Of a stretch of 64,000 nt of DNA, positions 56,901-64,000 are shown in pieces. Every line of letters begins with the position of its first letter. Positions within the stretch are counted from its first letter, which is position 1. The position numbers were made by a program, and so were the translations under genes. The notes beneath the pieces are model-generated. The model did not search any database. It was not told the origin of the DNA and worked only from the letters and a program-made list of their open reading frames with translations. Source of the DNA: Candidatus Marinacidobacterales bacterium (GTDB lineage: Bacteria > Acidobacteriota > Vicinamibacteria > Marinacidobacterales > SMYC01). Where the stretch lies: assembly GCA_965237955.1 (NCBI GenBank), contig OZ250169.1:3648001-3712000 (forward strand), in the 5' to 3' direction.

Positions 56901-57289
56901 AGGCGCTGGCATCGGCCGGCCACGACCTCAAGAACGCGCTCACGGACGTGGAGGTACTGTTCACCGGAGACACGATGAACTTTTTGGTCGACAGAGGACC
57001 GGAGCGAATTCAGGGGATGGAGAGCTGGCCGGACGAGGTGCTGTCGCAGCTCAGCTATCTCACCGGCGACCTCTACAGCGGCACATTCACCCCGCCACGC
57101 GAGGCGCCGACCGAGGCCGAGCGGCTGCACCTGCGGGCGGTCGAAGAGGACCTGAAGCAGGCGCTCGAGCGTACCAACCGGATCTTCGCGGAGGAGGAGG
57201 CGCGGTTCCGGGAGCGCGTGGCGGCGGGGCTTAACGCGGAGCTCTTCCCGGCGAAGGAGCCTCTGAGTGTCGATTGGAGGCATCCGTGA
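53990..57289 (+). CDS. VPS10/BNR beta-propeller protein, paralog 4
   Basis: Same architecture as paralog 1. Confidence 0.92.
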   Translation: MHTGPSTRLSSVFLVTLLAAASTARSQTDIIGLAGLKARSVGPSGMGGRISAIDAVNADPNIIYVGAATGGLWKSTSGGVAWTPLTDSLPASSVGAVAIYQAAPELLWIGTGEGGRRNSAGVGTGVYKSLDGGKSWQHVGLESTGAIHEIVLHPSNPELAYVAALGNTWKESPDRGVYKTTDGGKSWEQVLYVNETTGAADLVMDPASPNHLIAAMWDHRRWPWFFRSGGPGSGLHVTYDGGESWKQLSANEGLPEGELGRMGLDFARGNPKVVYAVVEAKRSVMLRSDDRGNTWEVVNDQAGMRSIARRPFYFSRVRVDPTNENRVYNLVGSMDLSEDGGKNFRVLMKRTHGDHHALWVSPDGKILIDGNDGGVYLSPDRGATWRFIENLPLAQFYKISVDLATPFNIMGGLQDNDMWHGPSSVWHDGGIRFSDWKEVGYGDGFTVLAEPTNPRYIYATREAGFIVRSDLRTGERKSIKPAHPEATKLRFNWNPGMEIDPHDGALYLGSQFVHRSTDMGRTWTIISPDLTTNDPEKQMADQSGGLSRDDTEAENHTTILTIAPSPVGRGVLWVGTDDGNVQLTRDGGGTWVNVVERIRGLRPNSWVSHIEASKFESGTAFVTFDDHRRGDNTPCVFKTMDYGNTWTSLVTADIEPFNFVHVIEQDPVEANLLFLGTEYGMYVSLNGGQKWHLWRHGLPRAPTRALVVHPRDHDLVIATHGRSAYILDDVRPLRALARDPALANRPLHVFDPPAAIRYHSWRRWMGRGSGDAMFIGENRPYGALVTYSIGSHSDRAVNGSGKAEGGSTPPASGDTSAQSAASAEKDTAKVTFEVLDEAGAIIRTFEAPAKPGVNRTAWDLRHDGFRRPLVQEEGAAGPSFVQGPEVLPGRYTVRVKFEGQEASAAVEVLEDPRFQVPMAVQRERLEFVMTVGQRLEVAAEAVDRLRDARRDVDRVVEQVEANRGASDGTAKALASAGHDLKNALTDVEVLFTGDTMNFLVDRGPERIQGMESWPDEVLSQLSYLTGDLYSGTFTPPREAPTEAERLHLRAVEEDLKQALERTNRIFAEEEARFRERVAAGLNAELFPAKEPLSVDWRHP

Positions 57290-57354
57290 TAGTGTTGCCG
57301 ACGCAAAGCTGGTGCTGTTCCAATATGTTCCTTAAATTCAGGGAGTCAGCCACG

Positions 57355-60300
57355 ATGCACACGGATCTTTTCCCTCGCCTTTCGGCGGTTTTCCTCGTGA
57401 CCATTCTTGCCGCGGCGTCAACGGCGCGGTCCCAGACGGACATCACCGAGCTTGCCGGTTTGAAAGCTCGGAGCATCGGCCCCTCCGGCATGAGCGGCCG
57501 CATCAGCGCCATTGATGCCGTGAACGCCGACCCCAACATCATCTACGCGGGCGCGGCCACCGGCGGTCTATGGAAGTCCACCTCCGGCGGCGTGACCTGG
57601 ACGCCACTCACCGACAGCCTGCCCGCGTCCTCGGTGGGGGCGATCGCGATCTACCAGGCGGCGCCCGAGCTCGTCTGGATCGGCACCGGCGAGCGCAACC
57701 GCCGCAACTCGGCCGGGGTCGGCACCGGGGTGTACAAGTCGCTGGACGGCGGTAAGAGCTGGCAACACGTGGGGCTCGAGTCGAGCGGCGCGATCGACGC
57801 GATCGTGTTGCACCCGAGCAATCCGGAGCTCGCCTACGTCGGCGCCCTCGGCAACACCTGGAAGGAGAGCCCGCACCGGGGCGTGTACAAGACCACCGAC
57901 GGCGGCAAGAGCTGGGACAAGGTGCTCTACGTGAACGAGACCACCGGTGCCGGCGACCTCGTCATGGATCCCGCGAGCCCCAATCACCTCATTGCCGCCA
58001 TGTGGGATCACCGGCGCTGGCCGTGGTTTTTCCGCTCGGGTGGAGCGGGGAGCGGGCTCCACGTCACGTACGACGGCGGCGAGAGCTGGAAGCGGCTGAG
58101 TCCCAACGAAGGCCTCCCCGAGGGCGAGCTCGGCCGCATGGGGCTCGACTTCGCGCGGGGGAACCCCCAGGTGGTTTATGCCGTGGTCGAGGCCAAGCGC
58201 AGCGTGTTGCTGCGCTCCGACGACCGCGGCGACACGTGGAAGGTCGTGAATGACGAGGGCGGCTATCCGTCGCCGATCGCCTGGCGGCCGTTCTACTACG
58301 CGCAGGTGCGGGTGGACCCCACCAACGAGAACCGCGTGTACAACGTGCAGGGGACGATAGGTCTCTCGGAGGACGGCGGCAAGAACTTTCGCAGGTTCCA
58401 GACCCGGGTGCACGGGGATCACCACGCGCTCTGGGTGAGCCCCGACGGCAAGTTCCTGATCGACGGCAATGACGGCGGGGTCGCCCTCTCGCGTGACCGC
58501 GGCGCCTCCTGGCGCTTCATCGAGAACCTGCCGCTGGCCCAGTTCTACCACATCAACGTGGACCTAGCGACGCCGTTCAACGTCATGGGCGGGCTCCAGG
58601 ACAACGGCATGTGGCACGGGCCGAGCTCCGTGTGGCACAACGGCGGCATCCCGTTCTCCGCCTGGAGGAACATCGGAGCCGGTGATGGCATGGCCGTGCT
58701 CGCCGAGCCCAACGACCCGCGCTACGTCTACACCACGAGGGAGGCCGGCTACGTCGTCCGGTCCGATCTTCAAACCGGCGAGCGCAGGTCCATCGTGCCG
58801 GCCCATCCCGAGGGGATCGAGCTCCGGTTCAGCTGGAACCCGGGGATGGCGATCGACCCCCACGACCAAGCGCTCTACATCGGGAGCCAGTTCGTCCATC
58901 GCAGCACGGACACGGGAAGGACGTGGACCCTCATCAGCCCAGACCTCACCACCAACGACCCTGAGAAGCAGATGCAGCACACGTCCGGCGGGCTCACGCG
59001 CGACGACACCGAAGCGGAGAATCACACCACCATCCTCACCATCGCGCCGTCGCCGGTCGAGCGCGGGGTGCTCTGGGTCGGCACCGACGACGGCAACGTG
59101 CAGCTGACGCGCGACGGCGGCGGCACCTGGCTCAACGTGGTGGAGCGGATCCGCGGCGTGCGCCCGAACAGCTGGGTGCCGCACATCGAGGCCTCCAAGT
59201 TCGACGGCGGCACGGCGTTCGTGACCTTCGACGATCACCGTCGGGGCGACAACACGCCGTACGTCTTCAAGACCATGGATTACGGCACCACCTGGACCAG
59301 CCTCGTCACCGCGGACATCGAGCCATTCAACTTCGTTCATGTGATCGAGCAGGATCCCGTCGAGGCGAATTTGCTGTTCCTGGGCACCGAGTACGGAATG
59401 TACGTCTCGCTGAACGGAGGCCAGAAGTGGCATCTGTGGCGTCACGGACTCCCGCGGGCTCCCACGCGGGCCCTCGTCGTGCATCCGAGGGATCACGACC
59501 TGGTGATCGCGACACACGGCCGCTCGGTGTACATCCTGGACGACGTGGGGCCGCTGCGCGCGCTCGCGCGCGATGCCGCGATCGCAAACAGGCCACTACA
59601 CTTGTTCGACCCTCCGGTGGCCATTCGCTATCATCCGTGGCTCAGGGGGAGGAATGACGGCAACGGGATCTTCACTGGGGAGAATCGGCCCTACGGGGCG
59701 CTCCTGACCTACTCCATCGGCAGCCACAGCGATAGAGCTGTAACCGGTAGCGGGAAGGCGGAAGGCGGAAGCACCCCACCGGCTTCGGGCGACACGTCAG
59801 CCCAGAGCGCCGCGTCCGCGGAAAAAGACCCCGCGAAGGTGACCTTCGAAGTCCTTGACGAGGCCGGTGCCATCATTCGCACGTTCGAGGCCCCAGCGAA
59901 GCCGGGCGTTAACCGCACCGCGTGGGACCTCCGTCACGACGGGTTCCGCCGCCCCCGTATTCAGGAGGGAAACGCTGCGGTCCGGTCGTTCGCACGGGGG
60001 CCGGAGGTGCTGCCAGGCCGTTACACCGTTCGGATCGAGTTCGAGGGCCAGGAGGCGAGCGCGGCACTCGAGGTCCGGGAGGATCCGCGCTTCCAGGTCC
60101 CGATGGCAGCGCAGCGCGAGAGGCTGGATTTCATCATGACCGTGGGCCAGCGCCAGGAAGTCGCCGCGGAAGCGGTGGATCGTCTACGAGGCGCGAGGCG
60201 CGCCGTCAGCCGCGCGGTGGAGCAGGTCCAAGCCAACCGCGGGGCGACTGACAGCACCGCCCAGGAGCTGGCATCGGCCGGCGACGACCTCGAGGAGGCG

Positions 60301-60657
60301 CTCTTCGGGGTGGAGGAACTGTTCACGGGAGACGCGGGGAACTTTTATACCCTCGGAGCGCAGCGAATTCAGGGGTTCCGCGCGTGGCCGGGCGAGGTGC
60401 TGCCGCAGCTCGACTACGTCATCGGCGGCTGTGGAATGTGCAGAACCACGTTCACCCCGTCACGCGAGGCGCCGACCGAGGCCGAGCGGCTACACCTGCG
60501 GGCGGCCGAAGAGGACCTGAAGCGAGCGCTCGAGCGGACGAACCGGATCTTCGCCGAGGACGTGGCGCGGTTCCGGAAGCGGGTAGCGGACGGGCTCAAC
60601 GTGGAGCTCTTCCCGGCGAAGGAGCCGCTGAGCGTCGATTGGAGGCAGCCGCGATAG
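57355..60657 (+). CDS. VPS10/BNR beta-propeller protein, paralog 5
   Basis: Same architecture as paralog 1. Confidence 0.92.
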   Translation: MHTDLFPRLSAVFLVTILAAASTARSQTDITELAGLKARSIGPSGMSGRISAIDAVNADPNIIYAGAATGGLWKSTSGGVTWTPLTDSLPASSVGAIAIYQAAPELVWIGTGERNRRNSAGVGTGVYKSLDGGKSWQHVGLESSGAIDAIVLHPSNPELAYVGALGNTWKESPHRGVYKTTDGGKSWDKVLYVNETTGAGDLVMDPASPNHLIAAMWDHRRWPWFFRSGGAGSGLHVTYDGGESWKRLSPNEGLPEGELGRMGLDFARGNPQVVYAVVEAKRSVLLRSDDRGDTWKVVNDEGGYPSPIAWRPFYYAQVRVDPTNENRVYNVQGTIGLSEDGGKNFRRFQTRVHGDHHALWVSPDGKFLIDGNDGGVALSRDRGASWRFIENLPLAQFYHINVDLATPFNVMGGLQDNGMWHGPSSVWHNGGIPFSAWRNIGAGDGMAVLAEPNDPRYVYTTREAGYVVRSDLQTGERRSIVPAHPEGIELRFSWNPGMAIDPHDQALYIGSQFVHRSTDTGRTWTLISPDLTTNDPEKQMQHTSGGLTRDDTEAENHTTILTIAPSPVERGVLWVGTDDGNVQLTRDGGGTWLNVVERIRGVRPNSWVPHIEASKFDGGTAFVTFDDHRRGDNTPYVFKTMDYGTTWTSLVTADIEPFNFVHVIEQDPVEANLLFLGTEYGMYVSLNGGQKWHLWRHGLPRAPTRALVVHPRDHDLVIATHGRSVYILDDVGPLRALARDAAIANRPLHLFDPPVAIRYHPWLRGRNDGNGIFTGENRPYGALLTYSIGSHSDRAVTGSGKAEGGSTPPASGDTSAQSAASAEKDPAKVTFEVLDEAGAIIRTFEAPAKPGVNRTAWDLRHDGFRRPRIQEGNAAVRSFARGPEVLPGRYTVRIEFEGQEASAALEVREDPRFQVPMAAQRERLDFIMTVGQRQEVAAEAVDRLRGARRAVSRAVEQVQANRGATDSTAQELASAGDDLEEALFGVEELFTGDAGNFYTLGAQRIQGFRAWPGEVLPQLDYVIGGCGMCRTTFTPSREAPTEAERLHLRAAEEDLKRALERTNRIFAEDVARFRKRVADGLNVELFPAKEPLSVDWRQPR

Positions 60658-60825
60658 ATTTGCCGACGCAAGCTGATCTTCCGATCGATTGGCGGAGCGG
60701 TTCGGGAAGGCTCCGGCGGAGAGCGGGCCGACTCGATTCCCGTGATCGAGTTGCTCTGACGTGCGCCGACAGTATCAGTGTGAACTTGAAGGATAGCGTT
60801 TGACGGAGGTAGTCAGGAGGTCATC

Positions 60826-62079
60826 GTGAGATTCACGCAAGCTCTTTGTCGAGGGGCGACAACGGTAATTTGCGTTGTGTCCATGGGATGCGAACAGCCG
60901 GCAATGGAGGGGGCGACGGCTGCCGGTGAGGAGGAGACGAGCATACCGGAGTTTAGAGTCGATCCCTTCTGGCCGAAGCCGCTGCCCAACGACTGGCTCA
61001 TCGGAGAGATAGCCGGGTTAGCGGTCGACTCGCGCGATCACGTCTGGGTCTTTCAGCGGCCGGGGAGCTTGACCGCGGACGAGCTAGGCGCGGCGCAAGA
61101 TCCGCCCATCTCGGTTTGTTGCAAGCCGGCTCCATGGATCCTGGAGTTCGATGAGGAAGGCAATCTCATTCAGTCATGGGGTGGTCCCGGGTCCGGCTAC
61201 GACTGGCCTAGCGTCGAGCACGGACTCTTCGTCGACCATAAGGGTAACGTCTGGATAGGCGGGGAAAGCCGGGAGGACCATCAAGTGCTGAAGTTCAGCT
61301 CCGAGGGCACTTTCCTCCTCCAGATCGGACAGGCTGGAAAGACCGGCGGGAACAACCATAAGGAATTTCTTGGACATCCCACCGACATAGAAGTCGATCC
61401 CAAGACGAACGAAGTCTTCGTTTCAGACGGCTACCTGAACAGGCGCGTGATCGTATTCGACGCGGAAACGGGGGAGTACAAGCGTCACTGGGGAGCTTAC
61501 GGCAACGAGCCGGAGGATTTCGCGCCCGGCATCTACTACGCCGGGGGGAGGTACAAGAAGACGGGACCTGACGGAGAGCCGGTCGATGCCGGTCTCACGC
61601 CGCCCATAGCGCCGGGGAGACGTACCCCAGGCTCTGAAACCACCTACAATCCGGACGACCCCCCCTCACAGCAGTTCAACATTGTGCATGGGGTTCGCGT
61701 CACGAACGACGGGCTCGTTTACGTGGCGGATCGCACCAACAACCGTATTCAGGTCTTCCAAAGAGACGGCACCTTCGTGAAGGAAGTCGTCATCGCCAAC
61801 AAGACGATGGGAGAAGGAACGGCCTGGGATGTGGATGTTTCATCGGATGAGAATCAGACCTTTCTATATGTCGCCGATGGAACCAACCAGCGGGTCTGGA
61901 TCCTGCGACGAGAAGACCTGGAGATTCTCGGTTCCTTCGGCCGCCGCGGCCATGGCGCGGGCGAATTCCACTGGGTGCACCGTTTGGCGGTGGACTCCCA
62001 CGGTAACATCTACACCGGCGAGGTGAGCCGAGGGCGGCGCCTCCAGAAGTTCGTTTTAGAGAAGAAAGAGGCGACCTAA
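60826..62079 (+). CDS. NHL-repeat lipoprotein, peptidyl-alpha-hydroxyglycine alpha-amidating lyase (PAL)-like
   Basis: Lipobox-like SMGC; VDPFWPKPLP, HGLFVD, VSDGYLNRRV, VYVADRTNNRIQVF, HRLAVDS.GNIYTGEV. Confidence 0.85.
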   Translation: MRFTQALCRGATTVICVVSMGCEQPAMEGATAAGEEETSIPEFRVDPFWPKPLPNDWLIGEIAGLAVDSRDHVWVFQRPGSLTADELGAAQDPPISVCCKPAPWILEFDEEGNLIQSWGGPGSGYDWPSVEHGLFVDHKGNVWIGGESREDHQVLKFSSEGTFLLQIGQAGKTGGNNHKEFLGHPTDIEVDPKTNEVFVSDGYLNRRVIVFDAETGEYKRHWGAYGNEPEDFAPGIYYAGGRYKKTGPDGEPVDAGLTPPIAPGRRTPGSETTYNPDDPPSQQFNIVHGVRVTNDGLVYVADRTNNRIQVFQRDGTFVKEVVIANKTMGEGTAWDVDVSSDENQTFLYVADGTNQRVWILRREDLEILGSFGRRGHGAGEFHWVHRLAVDSHGNIYTGEVSRGRRLQKFVLEKKEAT

Positions 62080-62082
62080 CTG

Positions 62083-62479
62083 CTAGCCCCGGGCTATCGC
62101 CCTGGCGAGCTCAGGCTCGCTAGCGGCCTGGTTGTACAAGGGCCCCGTGAACCTTGACATGAACGAGGTCCGCGCCGTGAGAGCGAGCGAAGGCGGCGAG
62201 CGCTCCCACTTGGTAGATGACGTCCGCTTCGATCTCCTCGGAGATGGCCTGGATCGGTCTTCTACCGAAGCCTCGCAGATCGAGGTGCCCGGGATGCGCT
62301 CCCACGGCCACGCCATGTTTCTTTGCCAACCTCACGGTACGGTCGATGGACTACGGGTCGCCGGCGTGAAAGCCGCAAGCGATGTTCGCCGAGCTGACGA
62401 GAGGCATCAGCTCGTCGTCGGCCCCGGTGCGGTACGTCCCGAAGCTCTCTCCCATGTCACAGTTCAGATCGATCTGCAT
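62083..62479 (-). pseudogene. pxpA: 5-oxoprolinase subunit PxpA (LamB/YcsF) pseudogene
   Basis: [24 protein letters not shown] then in-frame [16 protein letters not shown] with frameshift; 3' half missing. Confidence 0.9.
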
Positions 62480-62613
62480 GGCGCGTCACCTGGGCTGGAT
62501 TCTACATCAGGTGAGCCGCCGCGAGAGTCCGGAGAGCGGTAAGCAACGAGACGGGGCGCAATCACCCAGCCGCTTCCCGAGCTCCGCCGCCGCCATCGAC
62601 GAGGCCGGGTGGC

Positions 62614-64000
62614 TTATTTGCTCGATGTTGTGACTCGTTCCCGACCCGTGACCAGCCGGGGAAGGTTGTGCTCCGCGAGGGTCCGGTTGAATGCCGGAAG
62701 CTCGTTCTGCAGGAGCGCCTGAAGCTCCTGCTCGTACTTTTGAAGTCGCGCCTCGAGCACCTGCTGGACCTCTCGCTGCTGGTCGTTCGGCGGAAAGTCA
62801 TCCACCGCCACCCCATTTGCCAGGTAAGCGATGTGGCTTGCCAGCCTGATGGGGTAGCGGAGGCTGTCCGAGCCCGTGCCCGTGTTCTTCAATTGAAGCA
62901 GCTTCTCCTCAAGAGTGATGAATTTGCCGGACAGCTCATCGGCGTCCGAAACGATGGTCTCAGCGTCACCGAGCCCAGTCAATACCTCCTTTAAATCCAG
63001 GAGCTGGCGGCGGATCCATTCGATGCGGTTGATGGCCTCGGCGGCCCTGTTTAAGTCGTCCCGGAGCTCGCGCACCATCTCGGTTTGAGCCTGGATATCC
63101 TGCACCGTCCCTTCGGTGTGCGGATCTTTGAGGACCTGGAGCTTCTGGCTGTACTCCTTGCCGCCCACCTGCAGGGTCACGGTGTACGTGCCGGGGGGCT
63201 CCAGAACGGAGATACTGCGGCCCCCTCCCGAAGCGTGCCGCCAGCGCTCGGGGCCGAGATCGACCCAGTCGGCGTAGAGTGGCTTAGTCCTGAGCTTGAT
63301 CTGGGTCGAGGACTCGCCCTCGAAGTCCCACCAGACGCGGTTGATGCCGGTGTCCGTCGTGCCCTCGAGCGTTCTTACCGTCTCACCCGCGGCGTTTTTG
63401 ATCTCGAGTTGAACACTCCTTTCAGGCGCTTCGGGCCCCTCCGGCTCTTTAGACAGCCAATAGTGAATGGAGGCTCCTTCCGGCGGCTCCTCCCCCGAGG
63501 CCGCGTCGTAGCGCATCCTCATGGAGCCTCCGGTGGTCGGCCGAAACCGGTAGGTCGGCCGCGGCTCGAAAAGGTGTGCTTCCGAGGACGCCACGTCCGA
63601 GGTGAGCTGTTGGAGCGGCGTGATGTCGTCCAGGATCCAGAACCCCCGGCCGTAGGTACCGACCACGAGATCGTTGAAATGCTCCTGCACGACGAGCCCG
63701 TACACCGGCGTCGCGGGCAGGTTGCTTTGAAGCGACTGCCAGCGCGCGCCGTCGTCGAACGAGACGTAGAGCGCATTCTCGGTACCCAGGTAGAGGAGCC
63801 CGGGCCGCACCGGATCCTCGTGGATGGAGCGGGTGTAGCTCAAGGGACTATCCGCGATGCCGTTCGTGATCTTTTCCCAGTCTTCTCCGTAGTTGTCGGT
63901 CTTGTACACGTGGGGCTCGAAGTTGCCCTGCTGGTGATGCTCGATGGCAACATAGGCCTTCGCCGCATCCCACCTGGATGCGTCGATGCCCCGCACCACA
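62614..64000 (-). CDS. C-terminal part of a more distant VPS10/BNR protein (5' end outside window)
   Basis: EDPVRPGLLYLGTE..LYVSFDDG..W, DLVVGTYGRGFWILDD, GINRVWWD, PGTYTV. Confidence 0.9.
   Translation of the reverse strand, partial: VVRGIDASRWDAAKAYVAIEHHQQGNFEPHVYKTDNYGEDWEKITNGIADSPLSYTRSIHEDPVRPGLLYLGTENALYVSFDDGARWQSLQSNLPATPVYGLVVQEHFNDLVVGTYGRGFWILDDITPLQQLTSDVASSEAHLFEPRPTYRFRPTTGGSMRMRYDAASGEEPPEGASIHYWLSKEPEGPEAPERSVQLEIKNAAGETVRTLEGTTDTGINRVWWDFEGESSTQIKLRTKPLYADWVDLGPERWRHASGGGRSISVLEPPGTYTVTLQVGGKEYSQKLQVLKDPHTEGTVQDIQAQTEMVRELRDDLNRAAEAINRIEWIRRQLLDLKEVLTGLGDAETIVSDADELSGKFITLEEKLLQLKNTGTGSDSLRYPIRLASHIAYLANGVAVDDFPPNDQQREVQQVLEARLQKYEQELQALLQNELPAFNRTLAEHNLPRLVTGRERVTTSSK

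Noticed and set aside
44371-59517. Long antisense and alternate-frame ORFs (up to 648 aa) over the VPS10 genes, and similar ones over hsdM and selO
   Set aside because: Shadow ORFs expected from high-GC codon bias; no motifs or RBS.
44158-60657. Diversity-generating retroelement acting on the VPS10 genes
   Set aside because: No reverse transcriptase or template repeat in the window; differences include indels and are not adenine-specific.

Overview
GC-rich bacterial window in two parts. Positions 1-43.7 kb are a very dense mobile-element graveyard over a decaying defence island. One family of rve/DDE 'integrase-core' IS dominates it: there is an intact copy with ~102-bp terminal inverted repeats at 34737-36166, a second intact relative at 22838-24183, 16 copies of the terminus GAGTTTTGGCACAGGACG (several truncated), several MITE-like derivatives and about a dozen transposase fragments. 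IS1, IS110, IS256, IS21, IS3, IS5, IS1380, ISL3, RIT and group II intron pieces are also present. Isolated genes sit between these elements: selO, rlpA, a DUF4062-NACHT-like NTPase, an FRG-domain protein, nucleases, type I hsdM/hsdS with truncated hsdR, type III and ISP R-M fragments, and a DUF262 protein. A TonB-dependent receptor disrupted by two IS insertions spans 36.4-43.7 kb. Divergent from it, 44-64 kb holds a tandem array of five ~1070-1100 aa secreted VPS10/BNR beta-propeller paralogs with near-identical frameworks and short hypervariable, mosaic segments. These are followed by an NHL/PAL-like lipoprotein, a pxpA pseudogene and a sixth, more distant paralog. All family assignments come from motif recognition by eye; no searches were run.
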